NCBI RefSeq assembly: GCF_009914755.1
Contig: NC_060930.1
DNA from: the human T2T-CHM13v2.0 reference genome, Homo sapiens
Direction: 5' to 3' (one strand)
DNA: 64,000 nucleotides
Made by a program: the position numbers and the translations under genes. Below, one piece after another: positions 13,650 to 26,660 of this stretch (the first letter of the stretch is position 1; each line of letters opens with the position of its first letter). The notes beneath the pieces were generated by a model. It did not search any database and was not told the origin of the DNA. It saw nothing but the letters and a program-made list of their open reading frames with translations.

Positions 13650-14225
13650 ATTTAAGTGCTAATGTCCCTTGGGTTTCTGCCTGGGTTTGTGTGTCTTTTT
13701 GCTCGCCATGGTCTCCCAGTGTGATTGCATCCACTCCTTTCACCTCAGTCACAACCTCTATGCCTGAGACTCTGGGCCTCTCCATGAAATTCCAGCCCCA
13801 TGGAGCCAACTGCCCACCAGGTTTCTAACTAAGACAGTTCCACTTGCATATATCATAGGGTGTCTCACATTGAACATTTCTCAGACTCATTATTTTGCCC
13901 CCAAACTTATCCTCCCATAAAATTGATCTCAGTAGTTAAATCCAGAAACCTAAGGCTTATTCTGGATGGCTCCCTGTTCCTCACTATTCCCCCACTTCCA
14001 GCCAATCACCAAGCTCTATTTAATTTATTCTGTCTCCTGGACATCTCTCAATTTAATCCTCTTCCTCCATTGTCACTGATGCTACCATAGTCCAAGCTGC
14101 CATCACGCTTTTCCTTGATTGTACCTAATCAGCCACCCAGCTACCAATCTAGGCCCCTCATTCCTGTCCACTGTTCACCCTGGAGGATTATTATACAACT
14201 CAGATCTGATCATGTCATTCCTCCA
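13650..14225 (+). mobile_element. L2 fragment (ORF2 3' part)
   Basis: CCAGAAACCTAAGG, CAATCACCAAG, TAGTCCAAGCTGCCATCA and AGATCTGATCATGTCA in L2 order. Confidence 0.8.
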
Positions 14226-14539
14226 AGAGGTGTTTCCTCCTATCCAGCCTTCAGACTCAGTTTAGCAGCCAACCACTTTGAGAAATGTTGTCTGGTTCCG
14301 TGTGGATTAGATATAAATAGTGGAAATTATACATAGAGCATGTTTTTTTAAAACATGGAGTTGTGGATTGTATATAGAAAAAATTACAAAGATAAAGTCC
14401 TTTGTATGTTAGACCTATTGAATAAAAAACCTGTATTTACCTCAGAGTTAGTAGGAGTATTTGAACATCTTATAAAATAAACATCCTTGAAACCACAGGG
14501 TACGCACTAATATTTTTCTAGCATTGCGTTCTAATTCCA

Positions 14540-15250
14540 TCTCAATTTTTCTAAGTCCATTTGCTATCATTATTTCCACTCAGAACCATCAAATTACTTG
14601 CCACCATCACCCCAGCAGAATCTCTTGACCATTGGAAAATTGTTACTAGATTATCCTATCTTCCTCCTTGCTTGCTTTCAGAGTCTGTTTTTTTTTTTTA
14701 AAGTTATTTTGCACTGTGTGATAAATCTCTATTTCAGGCCTGCTGCCTTGATTATATCCCCCTGTTTTTCCTAAGTCTGCCAGAGAATCCCACAGTCTTC
14801 AGAATCAAATACAATCTTCTAATAATAGACTTGAAAGTGTTCCATCAAACAGGCTCCTTCTTCCAGCCAGCTCTTCGAGTTGCACGTCAGTTATGGTGGC
14901 TCTCCTCTCCTTAAGAAGCCCTCGGCATACAAAAAACAATCTCTTAGTAGCAGTACGAGAATTTCTCTGTCCCAGAATCAGCTGTGGACTTACCTACTTA
15001 AGGAAACTTCATCCTATTTTTTTTTTCTTTTGCAACCCGCTGTAACATTCCCAAAATCTAACATCCTTTTTAATACATTTTAATATTATGATGCTTATTT
15101 GAATGCACTCTTCCTGTGGATCATATATTTTCCTGGTTTCTGAATTCTTTAAGGCAGGAACAGATTCTCGATTTCTATATACTGTATAATCCTGAATGCT
15201 TAGAAATGGGGCTGTTTGCCTGGTGGGTCTTCAATACCTATTAGCTGATT
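14540..15250 (+). mobile_element. Degraded L2 3' fragment
   Basis: CAGAATCAAATACAATCTTCT, TTTAAGGCAGGAAC and the terminal GCTTAGAA...GCCTGGTGGGTCTTCAATA. Confidence 0.5.
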
Positions 15251-15710
15251 TTACTGATTAACACGTGGGTTTGTGACCGTATTGAGAATTCCACGTGGGA
15301 AAAAAACGAGGAGTCTGGATTCCGCCCTATGCACTAATTGTTGTTTAGGACTATAACGTAAAATATAACCAAATTTAAGATTTTGAATATACTCAAATCC
15401 TTGGAAACAATATTCCATAAAACCTAATAGAGAATTTAAACTAGTATCTAAGAAATAGATATGAGCTGTGACTGAAAATGTACATTTGAAATGTTTAAGG
15501 AATGCCTTCTATATCTGATACAACTAGGGACTTTAAAGCCTGATATTGCTCTCATGATGGTCTTTAAAAATTGTAAAAATTCTTGGGTCATTTCTGATTA
15601 TAATCTGTAAAACAATCATTCTGAATTGCTGACTTGTGATATTTTGTAGCAATTTAATGATTTCCAACGCTCCAGTTTTTAGAGTTCCTGGTCACTGCCT
15701 AAAGATATAT

Positions 15711-16311
15711 TGTAGTAGGTAGAATTCTAAACACGTTCTCCCAATATTCTTGTCCCCTGGCTATTCTACCAAACACCAATGTTGGCACTGCTGTGAAGGA
15801 AACTTCCAGATGTATTTAATGTTACTAATTAGCTGAGCTTAAGGTAAAGATTCTCCAGGTGGGCCCAATGTAATCACATGAGCCTTTGGAAGTAGAAGAG
15901 GATTACAGAAGAGAGAATGAGTCAGTGAGATATGGCAGAAGATAAACGCAGAGAGATCCCAAACATGAGAAGGATTCTGCACATTTTTCTTCTGAGATGC
16001 AGGAACCGTGTGCATGGGCTGGAGAGAGGCCTTCAGAAGCTCAGAGTGACTCCCAGCTGACAGCCCACAAGGAAATGGAGCTTCAGTTCTACAACTGCAA
16101 GGAACTGGACTGTATCTATTGCCTGATTCAGCGTGGAAGCAGATTCTTCCCAGAGCCTCCCAGTGAAGGCATGGCCAGCTGACATCCCAGCTTTGGCCTT
16201 GTGAACCCTGAGGTAGAGAAACCAGTCATGACAACTTGGACTTCAAACTGCAGAACTGAAAGTTGCTAATTTTGAGGTAATTTGTTATAGAAGCAATAGG
16301 ATATTAACACA
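15711..16311 (+). mobile_element. MaLR solo LTR, MLT1E-like
   Basis: TGTAGTAGGTAGAATTCTAA start, GGTGGGCCCAATGTAATCACATGAGCC, CAACTGCAAGGAACTG, end TTTGTTATAGAAGCAATAG..TAACACA; TSD TATAT/CATAT. Confidence 0.9.
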
Positions 16312-16994
16312 CATATCAAAGACAAACAAAGGTTGTTTGATCCCTTCCTTTCTTTTGCGGAAATTTTAACTCATTTGATACTGGAGGCAGCTCTTTCAAG
16401 CACCATCCTGCAATTCACAATGTTCTCTGGATGACCAGTACACGGTAGGTACTTTAATAAGCTTTAATAAGCTTTGTTAGAGAATGACATTTGGTTTGTA
16501 AGTCAAGTAAATTTTCAATGTCATTTAGAAAGAGTTTAACAAATTCAAATGTATTTATTGGAAATTTCACCATTAGAGAAAGATTTTTAATGCAATATTT
16601 GTGGCAAGGCTCCCGTGTACGTTAGGTCTAAGCATGTTAAACAGGACTGTATTTATATTTTAGTCCTGATTGTAAAGAGCAAACTCATATCCTTCCCAGC
16701 CAAAGTGTAAAAGCACGGTGATGAGCGGTCTTCCCCGTTAAGTTGGCCCGAAGCAGTGTCTCCTCACCTCCCAGTGGATGGGGCTAGATGTAACGCCGCA
16801 TATTCAAAGCCTGTCTCACCAGTAAGATGACCACAGATTAAAATATTTCTTTGGTATGATCTAACAAGAGCCAAATAGAGTTTTCCTCCTCTATGAAAAA
16901 ACATTTCTTTCATTAACCTGCCTGAAAATTTCACCTTTAGAGAGAAGGTCTTAAATGGAGTTACTAAAATGCTACCTTGAAGAAGAAATAACAA

Positions 16995-17100
16995 TCATAA
17001 TGCCTCTGTAGAGCTTGTTATACTTTACGAAGCATTTTTACAGATGTTTCCTAATTCCCTCATCACAATACCTCTGTGAAATGGGTGGGGTGGGGTTGTT
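16995..17100 (-). mobile_element. MIR fragment
   Basis: TTTACGAAGCATTTTTACAG...CCTCATCACAATACCTCTGTGAAATGGG. Confidence 0.5.
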
Positions 17101-17104
17101 TTTA

Positions 17105-17465
17105 TTTATTTTGCCTCACAGCATCTATCCCCACTCATTAGCAGCACTTTTTTTAGAATCCTTAAGCAGGTGTGCCGTGCTCTCCTAGCCAAGGAGTAGA
17201 GAAGTGACCCCTCCAGGCCAGCTCGGCTGGTTCCTGGGGGTGAGCAGACAGGATGCAGTTGGCACACACATTCATTCATTCAGGCAGCATCCTGACAAAC
17301 CACCGGTGCCAGACAGTGCAACACCCTGGGAGCTCTTACTGCAGCACCTTGGTGCTTCTTCCCTCCTTCTTGTTTTCAAGCCTGTGTCCTCAGCCTTCCT
17401 GTCAATTCTATGAGCTCTTAATATCCTTTTAATAAATCTTTCATGCTCAAGTTATCCAGAGGTGA
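17105..17465 (+). mobile_element. ERVL-type LTR fragment (LTR16/LTR33-like)
   Basis: 3' part CTCAGCCTTCCTGTCAATTCTATGAGC..ATATCCTTTTAATAAATC..TGCTCAAGTTATCCAGAG. Confidence 0.6.
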
Positions 17466-17529
17466 TCAAGTTTATAACTCCTTTCTATGATACATGCCTT
17501 CTCCACACCTTTGCAAATGACCAGGGAGG

Positions 17530-17615
17530 GAATTTGGTCTTGTGTTAAGAGCATGAAACTGCAAGTGAGGAGTTCTGCATTCTAGCCTTGGCTTACCACT
17601 TAATTAGTTGTAGAT
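17530..17615 (+). mobile_element. MIR 5' fragment
   Basis: GTGTTAAGAGCATGAA...TTCTAGCCTTGGCTTACCACTTAATTAG. Confidence 0.55.
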
Positions 17616-18559
17616 GAGGCTGTTTCTGGGGGAAAAACAACAACAACAAAAAAAAACCCAAATGTTAAAAATCTGACTAAATATACCTTCTTAGTGTCTT
17701 ACAGGCTGGGATAATCGGGCTGTTGGGAGTACTAAAAGCAAGGAAAAAATCCCGCTAAATTAAACCCAACAAACATTTATTTAAGGCCAATTTAAAAAAC
17801 ATTTAGAAAGAGGACATAGGAAAAAGAAAGAGATTGGGAGAAAACAGGATATGCTGTTTGATAAAAGAGCTTCAGCTCTGAGGATAGAAGTAGAGCTTCT
17901 CACCCTGGGTTTGGCAGTGTGGATACAGGAAGCTATGGGATGAATGTGGCCAGTTTTCTTAGTGGTACTTTATATTACAGTTTTGTGTGTCGGGGGGTGG
18001 GGGGATGTTGAGTAGTTTAGGTAATTTAAATAATTTTATATTAAACTATAGTTATAGGTTTTATAATACAAAATTTAAATACCTTTTAAGATAAGATATG
18101 CTACTGAAGGATATTTTGTCATTGTGGCTAAATTTTAAAACCTTACTCTCAGTCTCTTGGGAATATTTGGTTACTGGACGTCTTGGTAGAAGAGTTTAAA
18201 AATTACTATGTATGGAGAATAAAGAGAAAAGCTAGTTATAGAATGTCTGCAGGCACAGTTTAGGCAGCATCAACTATTGCTTACAGTTTAAGTGCTGGAA
18301 GGAGAATGGTTAAGATGAGAGGAAGAGAAAAAATGGCTGAATATAGTTGATTTTCAAAAAGGGATCAAAGCACATTCCATAAAATGTATACCCGTGATAT
18401 CATCTTCAGTGCTGCCTAAATTTGTTTATTTCTTTTCATTTTTCCAGCTTCGGATTTTTTAGTGTTCATTTTTTAACATCACTAAATGCTTTGGTCTTAA
18501 ATAAGAAATTCAGTTATTTGTATTAGTTAGAAATACATACTCCGTGAAATAATTCAATG

Positions 18560-19240
18560 AATTTGAAGTATTGAAAGTAATTAATTGTTTCTATTTCACA
18601 TCTCAAATTTACCTCTTGGTAGATGGGAGAAATTGATTTGGCTGTGAGAATTTTCAGTTGCCTACATTTCTGAACTCTTATTCTAATTGTTAGTTGATTT
18701 TCTTGAATTTTAAAATTATTTTCAAATCATGATATGTCTTCTTCCTTTCTGATATTTATGCCTTTGCATTTTTTTGGAATATCTGAATAGTACCATTGAC
18801 AGTGGGCACTTCAGTCTTTTAAAAAATTTAATTTGAGTCTTAATATTATTTAATGTAGTACATTTATGGTAGAAAAGTTATTGATTAGGGAAGTTGTCCA
18901 TATTTTTCTTTGATTTAGAAAATATTCTATAAGATGGGAAATTTCTGTTCCTTGAAAGTTTGTTAGAATTCTACCATAAAGATAGCCATGTCTAGTAGTT
19001 CTCCCAGGAAGTTATAGCTTTATGGTTTTAATTCCTTCAGTAGGAATGGTCTAACCAAGATTCTATTCTTGAGTCAACTTTGAGAAATTTACTAATTTAA
19101 ATTACCTTTAAGTTTATTAATACATTTGTACTTATAGTTTTAAACATCACCCTTACATAGTTTCCCTTTTCATTCCTAAGTTTTCTTTGTCCTTTTGAAA
19201 AAAGTTTTGTCCTGATTGTGCTTACCTGTTTTTCCAAAAA
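18560..19240 (-). mobile_element. Very old L1M ORF2 fragments
   Basis: T-rich; TGTTCCTTGAAAGTTTGTTAGAATTC and GAGTCAACTTTGAGAAATTTA resemble antisense L1 ORF2. Confidence 0.55.
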
Positions 19241-19244
19241 AGCA

Positions 19245-20480
19245 CTTTTATTGGGGAAAATTTCAAACATATGCAAATACAGAGAGAATAGCTACTGAAT
19301 CCAGTGTATCCATCATCTAACTTCAACAGTTATCAACATGAACTATCTTGTTTCATTTATACCTCTACAGACATATCATTGCAAATATAAACATTTAATG
19401 CATATCTTGTAGTTTGTATCTCTACACAATTGCTAACACTTTACAAATACATCCCAACAATAACATCACATCTAAATATGGATAATAATAATTTTTACTG
19501 TCAAATCTTTACAGTATTCAGATTTTCAGATGATCTAACGTGTGTGCATGCACACACGCACATGCTCTCACATACACGTTTGAATGAGAAACCAAATAAA
19601 CTCACCATTGCAATTGCTTGATGTGTATCTTAAATTTTCTTTAATCTATGGGTACTATCTCTCCTTCTCTCTCTTTTGCTGCAATTCACCTATTAAACAA
19701 TTTGCATGGTTTGTCCTATGGAGTTTCTCACATTTGTGATTTTGCCCATTGTATTCCCATTTAACATTTTCCTCTGTCCCTTCTATACCCTGTAAATTGC
19801 AGTAAGATTTAAGGGTTTGACTAGACTCAGTTTTATTTTTTTAAACTTTGGCGAAACTACTGTGTAATGGGGAAGAACCTGGCTCTCCTCTTTGTATGAT
19901 GTTACCGGCTGCTGATAAGGATTGGGGATCCTCTATGATTACCCTGAGGTTAGATCCTGCAGGGAAGGCAGGATAAATATTTGATTCTTTCACTTTATTT
20001 ACCAGTTTTCAAAATAATGAGTTTGTGAAAGTGAACAATGAGTTTTAAAACATATCATACGTTTACAAACATATTTGGGTGTTTCAATTGATTGCAATTA
20101 TTATTGAGAGTCTGATTGTCTCACCATTAGCCTGTGGGAGCATATTCAGGTTGGATTCTAAATCCTTTTGACATGGGCCTTGTGGACTTTGGTAACTTTA
20201 TTTTTCTAGTATAAGTATGGTGCATTTTCTATATTTGCTGTCCCTGGCCTGATATCGGCCATATTTGTCCAAGGAACACTGTTTTGGTTTTTGTTTGTTT
20301 GTCTGTCTGTTTTTCAGTGAAAAATAAATTTAAGGAAGACAGTTTGGCGTTAGGGATTTTTTTGCTACTGAGTTGGTCATTATTGCTAAGTCTTTTCAGT
20401 AGAAAGAGCTAGAAAATATGTTTTTAAATAAATTGGTCATAAGTTTGTAATGATACCTTCAAGTTAAATTTTAAATTTTA
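19245..20480 (-). mobile_element. L1MC4-like 3' region
   Basis: AAAATTTCAAACATATGCAAATACAGAGAGAATAG 3' end; GGCAGGATAAATATTTGATTCTTTCACTTTATTTACCAGTTTTCAAAATAATGAG. Confidence 0.75.
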
Positions 20481-20499
20481 TCTGGTTCCAAAATCAAAA

Positions 20500-22020
20500 C
20501 TAAGAAAAAGGAGAATATATTAAAAGAACTAGCAAAGCCATTTTGTATTAAACCATCTTCTCTATAACTATTCTTTAGCCTTAGTTCTACAGATAAAGAG
20601 ATATTGCCAAAGTCTGATGTCTTTTCAGATAAATGATGTGGCTTTTTTTGCCTGGATGCCCAAAGAGCTTTCTTTCCTTTCAAAAATGTCTAATGTTTGA
20701 CTAGATCCTGTCTTAGTTTTGACCATTTTAGGCTAGGCTCCAAAGACATATGGTGGCTCTTTAATATATAGCTTGAAGTCATCTTTTATTTCAGAAAACT
20801 CTAGAATTACAATTTTTTCACTTGTCACATTGTCTTTGGGTACCCTCTTTATACATATGTTAGCTTTTCTTTACATATAGTCCAAATCTCTTCATTTCTT
20901 TCAACTCCTATTTCTCTTTCATCATATCTTTTATATTTTATCTATTTGCTCATATCTCCATATCATTAAAAATTTTCTCCTTTCCATCTTCTGTTTCTTT
21001 TAAGGCATTATCCTTTATGTTTACTAGCTCTTGTGCTCTTTCTAGTTTATCTTCATTTTTGGTACGATTTTTAAAAAAATTGTCTTTCGTAAATGTTGCC
21101 ACCTCTTTGTAACACTTCATTTTCTAAAATCTCTTCATTGCTGAGTTTTTCCAACTTGGATGATATTGTTCTTTCATAGCTTCTGGCGGTGCTTTGTGTT
21201 AAAATAGGAGGTTACAGTTTTACCTGCTGGGCTTGTCTTTCTGACATGTTTTCGTTGCCGATAAAGACACCATCCTGCTCCCTTTTTGCTTAGAATAACT
21301 TTATGTGGCATTTGACTGAAATTCTTTCTTGTTCTTCATATTTTAAGTAACATTGGTAATCTTTTACTTATAGAAATGAAGGAGCAGTGGAGCAGTGAGC
21401 AAAGGAAGCTTTTTTTTTTTTCTTTTTTTAGCTTCATAGTTTTGGAAATCTTTTATCTTCTAAAAATGATGGGGAAAAAACCCTAGCCTCATCCTTTCTG
21501 AGATCCGCCTTCACGGCTTTCCTTCCCAACTTTCACATGGACCTTCCCTTCCCTGCTTCTATTGTCCTTCTCCTGCTCAATTTGGATTTTACTCCCAGCA
21601 ATTTCTCTTCAGTGTAAGGCTTTGTCTCGGAATGGACCTCTGGTTAGCTAGTTTTGTGTGTTTTAAGGTCTAAATGGGCCCAACACTTCAGACCTTTTTC
21701 AATGTGTGCCCTTGTACACCCCTGTGAGTTGGGTCCAGGAGCTCTCTCTTTCCTGGCTTCGGCGGCTGCCTTAGGTGTCCATGCTGAGCTTGGCTGTGTG
21801 TCTCTTGGTTTGGAGGCTTGTGAGAAAGAAGCCCAGTTATGTTCTCACTGCTCCCTCCCACCCAGACACCTTGCAGTCTCGTAACTGTCAGTGGTTTGTC
21901 CCTAGGCATTTTGGGGGTTCGTCAGACAGCTGTCACCTAGCATCGTGCATCTTTGGCTCTGCTCTATTTTCGTGGTGGTTTTGGGAGATCAAAAGACAGG
22001 CCTAATCCTAACGCCATATT
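20500..22020 (-). mobile_element. HAL1/L1M ORF1 and 5' region remnant
   Basis: ORF 20471..20683(-) KKALWASRQKK...TSDF echoes the L1 ORF1p C-terminal motif (KEKILxAxRxK...IRLxxDFS); GC-richer 5' part at 21480-22020. Confidence 0.55.
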
Positions 22021-22029
22021 TTCCATCCA

Positions 22030-24100
22030 GTTTTGGGTTTTATTGATCAACTAATTTTTTTCCTACATTTTAAATTTCTGTCTTTGCCTTTAATGATCCT
22101 TTCTTTCTACTTTTTGGGGGAATTTACCTGGATTCTTCAATTAAAAGCTTATAGTCATTTTGTTATAGTCACTTATAATCATTTGCTTCTTAATTCCTAA
22201 TAAATTCCTTTAAAAACTGTTTTTTCCTCTGAGCACTACTTTTGATATATATTCCTTAAATTTTGATACGTTGTGTTCTTGTTTTGTCGTATTCAGCTCT
22301 GTTTGTTTTTCATTTTCTTTCACTGTGATCGATACATGTTATATAATTAAAAATAATGTTATATAAATGCTTATATAACAGTAAACTTTTAGAATTTGTC
22401 CTTTCTTTTATAGCCTACTGTGTGATTAGTTTTTGTGAATGTTCTATGGGTGTTTGAAAAAAAACATATATTCTTTGTATGTTAGATAGAAAGTTCTTTA
22501 TAAACTTTTTTATCTTGCTTGTTAATTGTATAATTCAAATTCTCTATTTCTTTTTTTCTCTTCTTGAATAAAATAATCCATCATTAATGTGGCTGAGGGA
22601 GGTAAGATAATTCATCATGAATGTGGCTGTAGTTTTGTCAATTTCTTCTTGATAGTTTTATCATTTTTGCTTCGAATATTTAAAGAAATATTGACAAGTT
22701 CATAGATGGTATGACTGTCACATTTTCTAAGCAAAGTTTTCCCTTTTTCAATATGAAGTATCCCTTTTGTCTCTTTTCACTTTGTTACCCTTTTATTTAC
22801 TCTTGCCACATCTGCCTTCTTTCATATTCTTTCATTTATTCTTTCTCTCTTTTAAGGCATTTGTCTGATATTTCCTTTATTTTACTATTATTTTCACCAT
22901 GTTGATTTAGGTGTACCTCATAAAAAGCACATAGCTAGATGTTAAACATTATAGAGCCTCTATCTTTTAATAGATGAACTTAACCCATTCACAGTTACGC
23001 TTTCTTGTAAGTTTAGACCTGTACCAATCACCTGTCGTCTTACTTTCTATTTATTCTTTCCATTCTAGGGTTCTATGTTGAATTGATTGCATTTTCTTTG
23101 TTCCATTGTGTGTGTTTACTAGTTTAAAAGTTACATATTTCATTTCTTTTTCTAGTTGTTATCCTTAGTTCAATACACAAATTCTATTTTCCTTCTCCTA
23201 TGTCGATGTTTCTATGTTGATGTGACCTCCTCCCAGTATAATTATACTATATCTGCCTTCTGGAATAGTCTCTGTCTAGAATATAACACCAAGTACTTAT
23301 CCCAGAATGTATGAGTATATATTTTATGAGTCCTTGAACACCTAAAAATCATTATTTACCTTTATACATGATTAATGGCTTGTCTAGTGTAGATTATTGG
23401 GTTCTAAATCGTTTTTCCTAAGAGATTTGAAAATTTTTTTAGGATTTTGTTTTCTCACATTGCTGATGAGAAGACCTTGTCACTCTAATTTTTGTTTGTA
23501 TTTTTTGTTTTTCTTAAAGCACTTAAGATGTTCTATTCATTCATAACTATCTGAAATTTGACAAGAATGTGTCTAGGATGTGTGTGTGTGTGTATTTCAG
23601 TTACTTCTACTCAAGACTAGATGAGTCAATTTAATCTGAGAATTAATTTTTTCCCTCAGTAATTGGAGCATTTTCTCTATTATTTCTTAGAATATTTTTA
23701 AACTCCATTATTTCTATTCTTCCCAGTCAGAAATCCTACGAAATATGTATTTGGAATTCTAGACCAGCCTTTCATGTCTCTTGCATCTTATTTTATAATT
23801 TTAATCTCTTAGTCTTTTTATTGGCACTCTGAAATAATTTGTTGGCTCAGTCTTCCAAATCAATATTTTTCTCTTCAACTGATCACTTAACTATTGAGCC
23901 TCTAAATTTAATGTGTTTTACTTAATTTTAAAATAATAGTCTCACAAATATGAGACTCTTCAGTATATTTGTTCTAACCTCTTGTTCTGTTTGTCTATAA
24001 ATTCTTTCTGCATGTACATCTTTCATTTTCTTGAAATGGTTATCCTCTGTAATGGAATGAGTTTTTATACATCGGTTGGTATTCCATGCTAATTACTCAT
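22030..24100 (-). mobile_element. Ancient L1M(E) ORF2-ORF1 remnant
   Basis: TTTTGTGAATGTTCTATGGGTGTTTGAAAA, TTGCTGATGAGAAG and TTCTCTATTATTTCTT in antisense L1 order. Confidence 0.65.
23579..23593 (+). repeat. Short (TG)n microsatellite
   Basis: Direct read. Confidence 0.9.
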
Positions 24101-24273
24101 CTTTTAGCTTGAGATACCCTGTCAGAGCACTGTTTCATCTGTTTTCACACCCTGCTGGCTAGGTAGGGGCAGACTACTTGACTGAGGCTTACTGGGACAC
24201 CTTCAGAAAGAGTAGAGAAACAGATGCCCAGCTGGGTGTCTCCTGGGCATGGGTGGTCTCTGTATCTTCCAGG

Positions 24274-24758
24274 TGTCACCAGACACTCACACTACCTTGT
24301 CCCTGCAAACTTAGCTCCCCAATTCACTGTTCCTGGGTCACAGGCAAAGGCCTTTACTATTCACACCACAGCAAGCAGCATGAGCTTCCTGTTCATGTCA
24401 GTTCTCCTTTGTCCCCAAGTCCTGTAGGAGACATCTGACTGGCCCAGGTGAATGCTGAGCACACAGTGGGTTTGCATCATGGATGAGAAATTATGAGGGT
24501 AAGGAACCCAAATTTTTATAACAAGCAGCAAGCAAATCTGCATGAAATTTGCTATAGAGAGACATTATCTTTATTTTACTGGGTAGTTAGCAAATCTGCT
24601 CTCTGCTCCAGAGAGAGATACCATCTCTGTCTTCCATGGGGGTTTGCTATACCCCTATCCATGTAAAGATAATTGGGAATAAAAGCTCTGCTTACAGTCA
24701 GTGCCTCTGCTTGCAAGACACACACTAATGTGAGAGACCCATGAATTGTCTCCTGACA
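24274..24758 (-). mobile_element. ERVL solo LTR, LTR40-like
   Basis: Reverse complement of the right end reads TGTCAGGAGACAATTCATGGGTCTCTCAC...GTCTTGCAAGCAGAGGCACTGACTG, the LTR40 5' signature. Confidence 0.8.
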
Positions 24759-24789
24759 CCATCTTATTAACCATATCATTAATAATGAT

Positions 24790-26660
24790 TTTGAGTCTTT
24801 TAGATTGTCTGGGTATACAGTCTCAGCTGCAAATAATGATTTATTCTCTTCTCACTTTTCTGTATTTATATGACTTTATTTCTCAGCCTTTTTGAATCAG
24901 CTAGCACCTCTAAAACAATGTTAAATAATAATGCGAGTAATGGGTACCCCGTTCTGATTTCTTATGTCACAGCAGTGCACTGAACTTATGGGTATATTGT
25001 CACACTTCCCATTAAATATACATTGGCTATTAGTTTCTGAAAAATGTACTTTATTTTGTATAGACAAGTATTCTTGAATTTTTGTTTTACTTGTTTTTGT
25101 TAATTAATAAGGGGCTATAACATTTTCTTCATGTGGTTATATTAATTTTTCTTTAAAGTTTTAAGTATAATAAGCAACACCAAATGCTGGTGTTGAATCA
25201 TTTTGGAATAAATCCTTTTGCTATATAATTCTCTATTTAATTTGGTAATAGTTTATTTCAAATTTGCATCTGTATTCATAACTAAAATTTTCTCTTGAAG
25301 ATTATACTATTGTGACAAATTTGAAAACTTACTGTATTTTCCTATACTTTGCAATACTTTAAATAACAAAAGAAGTCCTTGTTCCAAGTAAGTTTTACAT
25401 ACTCACCCATAGGACCATGTGGTAAAACTAACCCTTTCAAAATATTAACTTTTCAGTTTTTATTTTCTAACAATTAAGGATTATATTAACATGTTTTAAA
25501 AGTGAAATAGTACTAGAAGACCAACAACCAAAAATAGCAATTCTTTTCCCTAACTCTTTAGGCATACTACCGAAAGACAACTATATTCAAACTTTTTTTT
25601 TTTGCTTTTTAACATTAAAATTCAAAATAATATGCTTAAACATTCATTTACATTCATCAATTTTGTTACTACCTATTGACTGCCTATAATGGCAGATGAG
25701 GATTTAGCTTCACACACTTTCTCATTGGCTACCTTACCAATATATTTTATATCTGTTTTCATTTAAATCAATATTCAATATTTATATTATGACTAAATAT
25801 TTTTTGTTCTTGATCTAAGTTGTATACTATGATATTTTTCCCTTTTTCTTTCCAAGTTCTTGTGAGGAGGGAAGGGGAACAATAATTACCTCATTAAAGC
25901 AATTTTTTGCTTAGTTTTTTATTTATTTATTGCCAATTATTCTCCCATGCTCCATGATCAAGGTATTAGAAAAATTATTTCTTCAACTTCATTTTTCAGG
26001 CTACTTCTCCTCCTCTCCTATTCCAATCAGGATGGTAGCAGAGCCTACACTTGCAACATAGCTATCGTTTTGACACTTCATTTTCCTACTATTTTGAGAA
26101 ATCTTTTAACTTTCTTCTGTTATGTTGATCCCATTTATTGGATCCTGAATCTTTCTCTTTTTTGGCTTACTTTTGTGAAGCACATCCTCCTGTATTTTCC
26201 TAATGAGGGCTTATGGGAAGTAAAACTTGAAGTTTTCCAAGTTTTGTATTAATTGATAGTTTGGATGAGTGTAGAATTCTAGGTTGAAACATCACTTTCC
26301 CTGAGGACTTTGAATGCGTTGCTTCATTACCTAATAATTTTCATTGATGTTGTCAAGAAGCTTGATGCCATTCTTATTCTCCACTTATTGGTTCATTAAA
26401 AATAAATTTATTGAGGCATATTTTTCATAAAGTATGCTAATATTAAAGATAGAACTTGAGGGATTTTTACATAAGGACAGAGTCACCTGCTGAGATTAGG
26501 TTACATAGAATATCTCTAGTGCATAAGAAGATTTCCTGTGTTCCTTCAGAGTTGATCATTCTTAGCCCCTAAACCTAACTGCTACTCTGACTTCTCTCAG
26601 CGTTACTTTTGCCTGCTTTTGAACATCATATAAATGGAGTCATAGAGTACAGACATTTTA
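24790..26660 (-). mobile_element. Mosaic of old L1 fragments (ORF2, ORF1-like and an L1ME 3' end at about 26400-26660)
   Basis: CTGCAAATAATGAT, GATAGTTTGGATGAGTGTAGAATTCTAGGTTG and TTTTGCCTGCTTTTGAACATCATATAAATGGAGTCATA. Confidence 0.6.

Noticed and set aside
16453-16475. Direct 10-bp duplication CTTTAATAAG (also a 12-bp duplication near 12779)
   Set aside because: Ordinary slippage duplications; no array or spacer structure
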